64,000 nt of DNA, from contig JAAILG010000373.1 in assembly GCA_012026655.1 (NCBI GenBank), positions 1-64,000 of the forward strand, read 5' to 3'. Each line of letters starts with the position of its first letter. The stretch's first letter is position 1. Of this stretch, positions 1 to 13,300 are shown piece by piece. The notes under the pieces were generated by a model. The model had not been told where the DNA came from and searched no databases. It saw only the letters and a list, made by a program, of their open reading frames with translations. The position numbers and the translations under genes were made by a program. The stretch comes from Hydrolagus affinis (Eukaryota).

Positions 1-67
1 CCCCCCCCACACACGTGCTGGAAAGGATGCAGGGAGAGGAACAAAAATAATCGGGGGGAAAAAAATC

Positions 68-83
68 TTTAAAAATTCCCGCC
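68..83 (-). promoter_or_regulatory. CDE/CHR (E2F/CLE-like) cell-cycle element in the SMC4 5' CpG-rich region
   Basis: The minus strand reads GGCGGG-AATT-TTTAAA: a GC box, a 4-nt spacer and the CHR variant TTTAAA, which is the canonical DREAM-binding arrangement. It lies in a CpG-rich stretch upstream of the first SMC4 coding exon. Function is inferred. Confidence 0.6.
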
Positions 84-239
84 GACGACGACCGGCGTCC
101 GAAAAGTTCGGGTTCGAGTACGTCCCGGGCGGTTATTTTGCGCAAACGGAGGTTGGAATCAAATTTTTTTTAAGCGGGATGAGATGCATGACAAATTTGT
201 AAACATGTTGTTTCAAGGAAGTGGATCCTAACTGCTTAT

Positions 240-385
240 TCTCTCTCCCCCCCCACCTCACCAACCAACCACCACCACCCCCTTGCTTTGCTTTCCTTTC
301 CCTCCCTCCCTCCTTTCCTCCCTCCCTCTCTCTCTCTCCCTCCCTCCCTGCTCTCTCTCCCTCCTTCTCCCTTCCCCTCCCTCCA
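240..385 (+). repeat. CT-rich polypyrimidine low-complexity tract
   Basis: Almost pure C/T sequence, which explains the spurious Pro/Ser/Leu-rich ORFs at 221-566. Confidence 0.85.
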
Positions 386-1381
386 ATTTGCAGTTTATTG
401 AGTGAATTTGAAACTTTTTTAGGGGGTTGGTGGTGGGGGGAGAGAGAGACACGTTATCGGTTGAGTCGCAGGTTAAACAGCTCGTAAATAAGACAAATCT
501 TATTTTTCTTTGGGGGGTAAAAAAATTTTTGAAAAAAAAGCGGGTTTTTTTTATATTCCGGAGCATTTCACTTCAAGGCAATCCTCCCCCCCCCCCCCTC
601 TTTTAAGTCTCTTTCTCTCTCCCCCACCTCACCACTCCCTCCCTCCCCACACTTACTAAGATATATCTATCGGGATTTTTTTTAAAAAAGCGTTTAATAT
701 TCTTTCTCTCATGCTCTTTATCTTGAGCTGGAGTCTGCTGATTCCAGGATTGACATTGGTGAAGTACGATGTCCAATCTGTAATTTTCTTTTAGCCGATT
801 AGCTATTCACCTTTTTTCTTTCACCACCCCCCCCCCAACCCTGAAGGCTGACGTAGTTGGCTGAGATAGATGTCGTTTCTCTGCAAATTTTGTTTTTAAA
901 AATACATATTTTTATTAATAATCTTGTTTAAAAAATGATTTTTAAGACACTTAAGTGCTCCCCTTTTTTGGTGAACCTTGTCTTTCTGTTGAAGAAGAAC
1001 TCCAGTGCAAAAGTTGTAAGGCTTGACTTTTTGACACTGGTTTTCTAACGTCATGATGTGGCATCTGATTACAACAGAGTACAGTAACTTTGTTTTTTTC
1101 AAAAAAAAATCTTTAAGTATAGGTTTGGGATGAGCTCTGAATGAATTAGAATTTTCCCCCCATAAAGTGCAGTTTTTGTGTTTTTTTTGTGTTGTGGGAG
1201 GTTGGGGTGGGAGTGAATTTCCAGTTGTACTCAATTGGAGAATGCAGAACTGGACTCGACTTTCAAGGCGGGGGTTGGAAAGCCAATCGAACTCAAAGAT
1301 GACTTTTTTTCGTTTTACAGTGTATGATATTCTTCTGTCTGTACGTGTGTATGTGTTAATTCGTGGATCTAACTTGGGACC

Positions 1382-4300
1382 ATGCTTGCCAAAACGAAAA
1401 CTTCCACCGCAAAACGGACCGCACAATCGGATCCGAAGGGAGCTGAACCCTCAGATGAATCTGACAACGAAATGGATATCCAACAAAAGGGAACCAGCGC
1501 AATTGGGAACGAAGCAAACGAAGGTAGATTTCGGTTTAGTATTATTGTGTCTTCTATTATTGTCGATGTTTTTGGGGGGAAAGGGTATTTTTTAAAATCG
1601 ATCAGAGATGCGTGGGTCATTATTTAATGTTGCTTTTTTTAAAAAAAATTGGATTTAACCGCCCAAATGATGGTTCAGCAGGTTGCCGAGACCAATATGC
1701 CCTATGCCTTTGGAAATGGTGTTTTGGTGCAGCGTTATAAACGTTCTTTGTGTGTTCTATTTGTAGAATCTACTGATGCAGTTTAGAGGAAGGCATGCCG
1801 GCGATATGATGTTTTGTAAACTTAATATCTTTTTAAAAATCATTAGACGTCATTTGTTATTTGAATATAGTTTATTATTATATTGAAGATTTGATGACTG
1901 ACTGAAAAGTGTGGCAGTGAATATTTAGTTTAAAAAGTTATCTAATGGATTTATGTTAATCGTTTCAAATGGCATCAATACTTTTTATGAACATATGAAA
2001 TATGGTTTGTTCTTTACCTGATATGTCGTGAGGTTTGAATGTTACTGCTTTCCCCGTTTTCACACTTCACGTATTGTACAGTGGATGGATGGGGGATGGG
2101 GTTGTTGAACTGCTGTAATCTGAAATGCAAAATGCGATGTTGGTGAATTGATGAGATATAGAAATTTGAACTACTTATTAAATGGGAAGGAGAGATTGCT
2201 TTCAAATGAGTAAATGCGAAAATATTTCAAATAATACTTGTAAAATAGTTTTTTTTCACAAATCTTTAGTGCAGTAACCCGAAGAGCAAACATTTGGCAA
2301 ACGTACAACATTCAACAGCAGTATTAAGCTATTGCAAGTTGAATACTTTCTAACCATTCTTCGTGCACAGTACTTTCTGTGTTGCTTTTTATATAAATGC
2401 AAGAGATGTTCCTCAAATAGCATAGTTTATGGTAGTGTGTTTAATGCTAGGTTAACAAAACTTTTCTCCTCAGCAATATGTGCAGAAAATACTGTGATTT
2501 ATTTTTGTCATCCTATATGTGATTAAAAACAATCATGGATATTTGATTTGCAACAAAAACGTTTCTTTATTTTTTTAAAAAATACAAAAATGGTTGCTTT
2601 GAGGGAATATATCCACCAACTTCATCTTGTCATTTTAAGAATAATTGGAATAATGTAACTTGCATTTGTGTGATTTCTATTTTAAAAGTTGCATTTAAAT
2701 GAAGTTTAATTGTCAAATATCTATTTCTATGATTTTATATGGAAAATAGTTTTATCCATATTGAAATCAAAATTTATTTGTCAAAGCTGAATAAATCTCG
2801 GATCTATTTCTTATAGTCAATTTAAGGATGCTTTTGACTTAAGATTCAACTTTCTTTCAAATACGTATAATGACCTTTTCAGGCACGCCGTTTAATTGGT
2901 CTTATTTTGATATAGGCATTGTGTCAAATTCAGCAGTGGAAATGGTAGATAACCGAAGTTTAGAGGGGATTTTAGCTGGCATCTCTCCTCCTCCACCCCC
3001 AGCAATGACCAATGAAGCTGGGGCTCCTCGTCTTATGATAACACATATAGTGAATCGAAACTTCAAATCCTATGCAGGAGAGCAAATTCTGGGGCCTTTT
3101 CACAAGGTAAAAAAAAATTAAAAATTTTTAAATGGTATTTATCTTGTGTTTAATTTTTGCTTGAGATTACAGATTTTGAATTGTGTAAAAAGAAATTTAA
3201 AAAAATAAAATATTGCTATTTGGAACTATAACAATGGTTCATTTTCCTTAAATCCGTAGAGATGTCGATAATTTTGGATTTAAATGTGGTATATTTCTGA
3301 ATGCAGATGACTTTTTTTAATGCAATAGCTTCAATAAAAAATGTTAATTTGAGAGTATGAACCTGTTTTTTCAGTGTAGAGCATTGCAAGTCGGCCATAA
3401 CAATAGTACAGTAGTCAAAAATGTGTTTTGTGTGTACATAGAGTGATCTATGATATGTTTATTTCTCAAACAGAGGTTTTCTTGTATTATTGGACCTAAT
3501 GGGAGCGGTAAATCAAATGTGATTGACTCTATGCTGTTTGTTTTTGGGTATCGAGCCCAAAAAATACGCTCAAAAAAATTGTCTGTACTTATCCACAATT
3601 CTGATGAACACAAGAATGTTCAAAGCTGTACAGTGGAAGTTCATTTTCAAAAAATCATTGATAAGGTAATCTTATCTGTTACTTGCTAATGACCATTTTT
3701 ATATCTGATTTGCATTTACTGCATTCAGTATAGAGTGTAATTGTTTTTATGATTTCTTGATTTAAAGAAATTGTTGAACTGCTTGGTTATCTGCAGTTTT
3801 TCATTCAAATGGTGTGTTTTTCCCACTTTTTTGGCTTTTTGCCGTACATATTGAATGTAAGGAAAAAAGAAATGTTGGCATTCTAAATAAGATACTTATT
3901 TGGAGCTCCTGCTTAATTTAAAACGTTTTCGGCCTTGGATAGGGTTAACGAATGAATTCTTATAAAATATATCTTGTGAGTCAATTTGTTAAATGCAGCA
4001 ATTGCTTGGTAATTCTTTTCGAGGAGCACTGATCCATGTTAGGACATTAGTGGCAATATCAGAAATGAATGCTAAAGAAAGCCTGTTTTTCTTTTTTTAA
4101 AAAACACACTTTGGCAGTTAACTGCACACTTCATTTGTTTCCTGATCACAGCCATAATCATTCCTGTATAGCTACAATGAATCAAACCATTTTCTAAATG
4201 TAGCCTTTTCAAAATGACGATGACTGCAAATATAATAATTTCATGTCATAAAACCACACTATTAGATCTGAGAATCTAATTATTGAATATAATGAAGTGC

Positions 4301-7300
4301 TTAAAAATTAAAAACAAAATAAATCATAACATTTGTACATTTAAAAAATGTTTGCTGTGAGTAAAAACTTTGATCGGTGACTACGTAATCACACAGTTTG
4401 CTTAACAAATAATGTTAATGTTTTCATACAGCGGAGTTAGCTTTATTAACACCATTACTACGTACTTTTCTGTGTCCAGTGTCAATTTCAGTTTCTGGCA
4501 TAGTATTGATGAAATTTACCTCATCTACACAGGTGGGTTAGATCTATTTCAAAAACAAATTTGCAGCTCATCAGATGAGTTAACTTTTTTTTACACAAGG
4601 GTGCATGAAAGTATTATTGTTTAAAATATCTATATACTGCAGTTATTAAAACCTTTTAAAACCCTTTTTTAATGAAAGGAGGGTGATGATTTTGAAGTAC
4701 TACCGAACAGCAATTTTTACGTTTCAAGAACTGCCCACAAGGATAATTCTTCAGTTTATCAAGTTAATGGAAAGAAAGCAACATTCAAAGATGTAAGAAT
4801 GCTGCTTTGCAGCCATGGAATTGATCTGGATCATAATAGATTTTTGATTCTGCAGGTATGTTTTTTTTTTAAATATTTAATATTCTGTTTAAATTAGTAC
4901 ATTTACAGGGTGGGGGTGTGGGGAGTGTTTGGAACCAAGTACTGGACATGTCTTAAATTGCTGTAGCAGCACATCATGGTTTGCAGGACTGTCTGATATG
5001 GCAAACCATAATTTGCTGCTTTAGTGCTTTAAGGCTTAATCAGAAGACAAGCTTTTAAAAATTATGTATGCTATATTTGACTTTTTTTAGTATGTGTTTT
5101 ACTTAATGAAAATGCCAGTTACATTCTAGCAGCACGTAAATATTGGCGTGGTGAAAATAAGACCAAAAAACGCCAATATTACTTGTGCTGCTGCAGTGTG
5201 GCGTGGTTTGTCGACTCCCAGTCCATGTGTGATATTTGAAAAATTGATCTTACCTGAAGGTAATACAATGAGAAAAAGGAAGGTAACAAATTTAGTTGTA
5301 TGTTTGGATACTGATGTTTGGAATCAATATTTTATTTTTAAAATACTTGCCCAGTTTGCAATATGTACAAGTTATTGCTATTGTGAAATGTAAAAAGCTA
5401 AATTTTAAACTCAAACCAAATTTATCGTGGACGTATAACTACAATGAGATGTACCTGGGTCTGGCAAAAATGTGAACATGTAGATAAATGATGAAGATGT
5501 AACCACAAGATTGATATGTCAAATTGTTTTTTTTGCAAGAGGACTGGTGTATTTCTAATTTTGTTTAAATTTATACTAAGTTTTGTAAATTATTGTTTGG
5601 TTGTCAGCCAATTTGTGGAATTAGTTGCATGTATATAAAAAATTGTAAAAAGAACCATTCTCAACAAGATCATTGTGGGTCACTACTGTGCTGCAATTGG
5701 CTGTCTCATTTTGCCCATATAACATGCAGTCAGTTCACTTCACAGTATATCCTATGAAGAGTTTTGAGACGTCTCAAAAGATGTGATAAGGCGCTAAATC
5801 AAATGCAAGAATTATTATTAATGTTGTACAAATAGTTCCACTTACAGATGTCCAAAGTCTAAGTTGAAACTAAGATTGAGGAATGTTCTAATTTCCAGTA
5901 TTCCTTTCTCTAAATTGAATCCGTTTCTCCTTTTCTTGTGTACGATAGTATCTTGATTTTGAATCTTTAATACTGGAATTGTATTTTTTGCCAAAAACGT
6001 GTTCTTTTTTCACAGACACTCAAAGAATGATTCAGCTGTTACACGCACTAGTATTTGAAATAGCAGAAGTAACAGCATCCTTTGTACTGTAAACATTGTC
6101 TGCAGAAAGGAAAAATATATATTTAGTTACATTAGATATATTCCAATCTTCTATGTAGGTTTTGTTACTGTAATGTAGTAGCAGTTGTCATCTTCTTTGT
6201 TTTATATAATCTTTCCCATCTGCTACAAATGTTTTGGCAATTGGAAATGATGCAGTTTAGTTTTACATTAATGAATACAAATTGTAATATTGGTTTTTAG
6301 GAAGTCCTTCCTGACACATACAAGCTGAACACATAAACCAATAATAATGGTGATTGCACTCATCCTGTTTCAGTTTCGCAGTTGAATATATATGACATTC
6401 AATAAACAAATCTGGAATTACTTGTGCATAGTTAATGGTATAAATGTTAGTCTGGAAAGTTACAATTTGTAATTGTAATTTTATAGCTTGATTTATTAAA
6501 ATATGTTTTGCTTTGAAAAGTACTTAATACTTCATTCATAATTATTAAGTGTGTTGACCCTGTTGATGTTGATAATCATTTAAATATATTTGCTCTATGA
6601 TCAACCATTCAGCAAATATGTGTTTCAGAAAATGGCATTCTCCTATATTGGCATCCCATTATCCAATAGAAAGGAAATATCAGCTGACACGAGTTGGTGT
6701 TTCTGGTCACCTGGATAACTAACCTAGTCTGGTACTTCACACTTGCTGGATCATTCTGAAAGTAACATCAGACATTTAAATTGCTCTGACACAAGATTGC
6801 ATTTCATTGATATATCTTCTGATTGGCTGGCTGAAATCAATGTTTTTTTAACGCAATTAAATAGACAGATTTAAAATTCTATGTTTGCAACTTTAAATTA
6901 GACGGTCGTGGGCGAGGAGTTAATGTGACATGGATTATAGACGCACTTAATCTGGAAATGGCCTAAATCACATTGATAGGACTACTCTTGACAATGCAGG
7001 ATAATTTCTATAATGTAGTTCTTAGTAGATACAGTATGAGGCATAATAGTGAAAATCCAACTGACTACAAAATATTAGGCAGATAATAGCAGCTCACTTC
7101 AATATTAATACACCTGGAAGAGATGGCAATTTAAGTGATCAGCTTGGCAAAACTCATTTTCACACTATTCTGTAAAGTGTACTGGTCTTCTGTTTTCCTT
7201 CAACTATATATGATTGTGGTGTAATTAAACTGAAAAATATTATGAAGGTGTAGAATTTACTGGAGATTTTGGTACTGTAATTACTTTTTGCAGTATTTTT

Positions 7301-10300
7301 GAAAAATGTGAAACGTGTGAAATTCATTAATCTTATAATTTCAAATAAATCCATTCAAATAAATATTTTATATTGCAGCACTTAAATAACTCAGTTTTAA
7401 ATATCTACAATTAAATATCTTATCAAATCAAAGTATTATTTTATTCTGGGATTTAAAATATGCCTTTTATATTTAAAGTTTCAATGGCAGTGTTGCCTGT
7501 CTTTGACATACTTTTTAAATACATTTGAATGTCGGGTTGCAAATGTAATAATATCTCACAAAGGGCTTTATCACTTGGTTGGAACCCCTCAACTCCACTT
7601 ACAAATTCATTTGAAAATCATGTTGGAGCTAGCCGGGTTGCCCCTTTATTAGCCAGGCAGGTCGTTTTTAATCCATGCAACCTTTTCACAAAAAATGTAC
7701 TGTAGCTGTACATTCAAAATGGTAGTTTTTAGAGACACTAACAATAAGAATTAATAATTGGTGGAGTTAAAATAGATTTAATAAATTTAAAAAATTTAAA
7801 TAACAAAAGAAGGAAAATAAATAAATGCAATACTGTATAGTGATTGGCATTGTCAGCTTTTAAAAATCATCATTTGGTTAAAATTCAGTTTTCAGTGGAT
7901 TGGTCAGCATCACAGTAATAGCAACATCCTGATGTTTCAGCAGCTTTCACTGTGATACTGGTATTATTTCTGCATCATAATGCATGAATGAAAAATTATA
8001 AAATCAGTCATCCTATATTCTTACTGTGATTCTAATTTCAAAAGTTGCTAGAGTACTGTAGGTTGGCTTTGGAATACAAATTCAAAAAATAAATCATGAT
8101 AATGTTGGAAGGAATTTGGAATAAATAGAACCAGGAAATGCATATTAGTGAGAAGTAGTCTTGTCATCACTAAAAACCTTAAATAAATTTTGGAACAATT
8201 AAAATATCGGGAAATTGTCTTGGAAACCTGAATCTTGATTTTCAATTTTAAAACAAGTCTGATAATCTGCTGTGCAGTGTGTTTGAGGCAAAGAAAGAAC
8301 ATAAGAATTAGGAGCAGGAGCAGGAGTAGGCCATTCGGCCCTTCGAGACTGCTCCGCCATTCAATAAGATCATGGCTGATCTTCTCACCTAACTTTGATT
8401 ACCTGCCCTAACCCCATATCCCCTGATCCCTCTATTTTTCAAACGTGAATATTAACTGCTGGTTCCAAAAATAATTGCTTTGGATCTTCTCAGACGACAT
8501 ATTTCAAATTAGTTTAAAAGATGTGTAAACTGAGCTAAAATCTGTAACTATCTATGTATTCAGCGCCTTGGGACGTCCTCCCAACGTGAAAGGTGCTCTA
8601 TGTATGTAATTTTGTTGTTGTTGTACTAGGTAGCAAAAGGTGACTTGTGCTGAAGTAAAGGTTGCATTTCCAAAGTTTGCAGGTTGTTAATCTCATGGTG
8701 GAATGATTTATGAACAAAACTTCTGGGTGTATTATAAGATTAAGATGAACACTGTGCATACTATCCATTTAATAGGATTAATCCATACATTTCACTTTGG
8801 GAAGAATTTCATCTTTTTAGAATAAAAACTCTAGATTCCATCCTTGAACTTTAGCAGAAACTAATTGACAATAACTTCCAGGTTTTAAGTGCTTAAGTTT
8901 CACACAGTATTGGTTTAGAAGTTGAGATTTAAGTACTTATCCATACATTCTCTTCATTTCGAAACATCCTCCTGACATGAGAGGCACTATATAAACATAA
9001 ATTGTATGCTGTTGAGTTTCCAAAGCATTTAGACTAAGGCTTAAATGCAGTGGAACCATTTTGTAATTAGTGAATCGATCGGCACATCAATTGGACCAGT
9101 GTGATGTACTTTAACATGTTAATAATAAGAATAATAATCCTTGCATTTGATGTAGTGCTTTTCACGTCTTCAAGGCGTCTCAAAGCACTTCACAGAATAA
9201 ACTGTAAAGTGAAATGACTGTATATTTGTGGGTGAAACTTGTGCCTTTCACATCAGGGGGATATCTAGATGCTTTACAGGATTTATTACAAAATGTGATA
9301 ACTTTGTAGTTGAATGTGACAGCCAATTTATCCACAGCAATGTCACACAAACAGACTCGATGAATTTTATTGGGAGTAAAAACAATTGATTGGGAGTTTC
9401 TCCCAAATCGCATTGGGAGAAACTCCTTTCTTTTTTCAAATAGTTCCATAGGTTATTAATATACACTGGGACAAGCAGAAATGAGCTTGGTTTAATGCAG
9501 TATTGGCCAACCTTTTTGACTGGCCAACAAAAGAGTAGGGATAACAAAATAGATTAAGATTTATGCCATAAATCAAGAAATATATAACAACAAATTGCAT
9601 TTATAAAGCGCATTTCACATCGGAAGGAGAGTCGAGGGTTTTCACCCAAGCTAAGAGTTGGAATATTGATGGTGTGAAGATGTCTGGAGACATGGGCAAA
9701 TGTTACTGTCCTTGAAGGAGGCAAGGGAAGGGGCAAGGTGGATGTTTTCTGGGCTGGAGTTCCAGAGAATAGGGTAGTAGTGCAATCCGAGTGACGGGAG
9801 CAAACAGGTTGGTATATTGAATCCTTCAATCAAGAAATATTTATTTTGTTGGCCAACCAACTAGGCTGGCTGACTACCACTGGTTGTGATTTCTAAATTA
9901 TGCACCAGGGACCTTCTCCATGATTAACACTAGTTAGCAAGTTTGATGATCTCTTCACACTTCCAAATTTCAATGAGATAGACAGTTTTGGTAATATTGC
10001 CTGGAAATTAGATATGTAAAACTTTTTTTCTGTCTCCTTATCAGCTAGTTCACATCCAGGGAAACCCTGCTTTCCTCTTGTCAAAACGTGAAGGTTTTTT
10101 AGTAGGGGGATCATCGCTTTATTGAAGGTAGTAGTGATGATCTGTTCATGTACTTGGGAGGATATTTAGCTATTGTATACTGTCACCCTTCCTTGGAAGA
10201 AGCCAACTACTGTGCTTTTGGTCAGATTATTCTTCCTTCCCATCTTATTTGGTGATATTATTTTGCATGAATCTAATAATAATCCTTACATTGGATTTAG

Positions 10301-13300
10301 CGCTTTTCAAGTCTTCTAGACGTCTCAAAGTGCTTCACAGAATATACTGTAAAGCGAATTGACTATATATTTGTAGGCGAAACGTGGCAGCCAATTGGGC
10401 ACAGCAGTGTCACAAACAGTTGTGGATTGAAATGACCAATTTTTTTTATTATGTTTGTTTTTAGAGGTATTATTATTTTAGGTGGGTGGAGTAAGGAAAC
10501 TTGCCCATGGTTTCACCCTGACCTGCCTGGATTCGAACACAGGTCACATGCTTGTAAGGCAAGTGCTCTGACCACTGAGCTACAGATCTCCTGTATGCTG
10601 TATGAATGCTTTGGCCCAAATCAAAATGAGAAAGAAGTTTCTTATGGTATCCTGAACAACCAAATAAAATTGGCTTGACTTCATGGTTGTTGGACATTGC
10701 CTTTTTAAAAGAAAAAAGGCTGCAATTTTTCCCTCCAAATACAGTTGCTACACTCTGTAGAATAAGTGAAGTGCTTTGAGATATTTTTATGTGATAAGAT
10801 GGTATATTAAATGCAAGGATTGTGTTGTAAATGTGCATACTCCTCAGTTCAACTGTAATGCAGAGATATTCATACTGGTGAGTCGAGGGAAAAGGTAACT
10901 GGCACATGTTAGCTCAGTGGGTAAAGCATACGCTTTGCAAGCAAGAGGCCTGGGTTTGATTCCCAGACAGGGCAAAACCTTAGTCATGTTTCCTTACTTC
11001 ACAGCCTAGTAATAATCCCTCAGGAAAAAAAAAGTGGTCATTTCAATCCACGACTGTTTGTGTGCAATTGGCGGCCACATTTCGCCCATACAGTCAATTA
11101 ACTTTTCAGTATATTCTGTGAAGTGCTTTGAGACGCCTAGCAGATGTGAAAAGTGCTATATCAAATGCGAGGATTATTTTTGTATGATTTAGTGTCTACT
11201 AACAGTCAAAATATGCTCTTCCTTTAGCTGCATATAAATGTCTAGATTCTGGCATCGAGTTCTTTGGGAAATGGAACTGTCAAGATTAAGTTGGGTGTAA
11301 AATTCTTTAATAATTTGGAAATAAAAATAAAAAGTGAATGTTTTGTAACATTATAGTTTGAGTACTGCATAAACTTATCGTTTCTGTATTTTCTACATTA
11401 GTATTTTCAATGCTTGCCTTAATCGAGTGTTAGTGATTCAGTGCATCATGCTTTCCCTTTCTGGGCATCTTTAGGGTGAAGTTGAGCAAATTTCCTTGAT
11501 GAAACCAAAAGGGCAAACAGAACATGATGAAGGCATGCTTGAATACCTAGAAGACATCATCGGCTCAGAACGATTGAAACAACCGATTCAAGTCCTCTGT
11601 CATCGAGTTGAGCTGTTGAATGAGCAAAGAGGAGAAAAGGTGAACTTGAAGCTGCTGCATTAGTTCCAAACGTAACAGCGCATTGCTAGGAAATTAACTT
11701 CCGGGGTTCCCCTTCATGTGCTATTAAGGTCTATTAATTTTTCTAATTAATATTTACATTTAACTTTGTCATAGCCGGGTCAATTTGGGAAGCTGTATTC
11801 TTTTTTTTAATTCTAACTGAATTGGTATTTTAAATTTTATTTAAAGCTGTGGTAATAAACGTGTTTAAAATCTTGATTCTGTATCATATCAGGCTGAGTG
11901 TTTTTTTTTTGGCGGGGGGAGTGGGGTTGAAATAACTTTAATTTTGAAAAGATCAAATTTGTTCAATTGACTATTATTTTGTCTTTCTTAATATTAACTA
12001 TTTCTGCTTCAGCTTAACAGGGTTAAAATGGTCGAAAAAGAAAAGGATGCTTTGGAAGGAGAAAAGAATCATGCAATTGAGTTTCTTACCTTGGAAAATG
12101 AGGTCATGAGAAAGAAAAACTATGTTGTGCAGTATTACATGTATGTATGCTGAGGGCTTGGCATGCTACTTTGTTGAATGTTGTGCTTAATGTTGAATTG
12201 ATTCCAAATGTTCAGTTATACTATATTTCAACAGTTTGGAAGCACTACGTATAGGCAATATCTACCCTTTTTAAAAGTATGACTTAATTGAATTCTATGA
12301 ACAAAATTTCATGGGATATTGCTGATCTTATTTACTCTCGTTATAATTATTGTCGCGGACCTCTAGATCTGATGTTGAGACTTTATATTGCACAACAAAT
12401 GCATGTCTATATGTATAACAAGGTATGTCTATACAACAAAACTGTTCACTAAACTAACTAAGTCTAACTTTAGTATTACGGAGGCCTTGCTCACTGAGTA
12501 CTATTTATAAAGACATGAGAGTGATGAACATTTTAGTTCTAAAGTTATTGTTCAACAATAGTATTCAGTGGGACAAGGGACGATATGTGCACAATTTCCC
12601 CACCCCACACCCCCATCAGTTAAGTTGTGACACTCGGGGACTTGTAGCTCTTCTTTCTTTCTCCTTCCCACCCCTTCCCTTAGACCTCTATTTACAACAA
12701 ATGTGGGATATCATAGGTCCTCTCCATCTATAGGAAAGTGGAGTTGTATGGTGAATATTTTTAATAGAATTATCAGAGCTAAATGCATTTCCAATGGGGA
12801 AGTGCCATAATATTAACTTTCACACCTCTCCCCAGAGTAGAAACAACACACAAATCATTTACAATAACTTTTGTTTCAAATCATTTTTCAGATATGACGT
12901 TCAGAAGAAGATATCTGACAGGATAGCACAAAAGCAAAACATCCATGAAGGCACAAAAGACATTCGTGACAAAAATGGGAAACTTGCAGAAGACCTGAAA
13001 GCTAAAAACAAGTCTTTGAAGGGTGCTGAAAAGTAAGCCAAGAATTCCCTCCCAACTATTATTCAAGGAGCAAAGAAATTCACTTAAACCTTCTAACTTT
13101 TGTATCCTTTTAAGAGCACGACAGGGCTTATGGAAAATGCGATCACAAAATCAATGTAATGTCACATGCATTCAGGTTGGAATGTATCCTATTCCTTCAT
13201 TTCTAACTAGACCAATACCACCAACGCATTGCTTTCTACTTATCTGCAAAACCATCGATCCCCAGTTTTACCTAAAAGCAGAGAAATAACTGCTTTAACA

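Noticed and set aside
896-1595. 176-aa (-) and 142-aa (+) ORFs
   Set aside because: They overlap the first SMC4 coding exon and intron in the wrong frame or strand, with no motifs.
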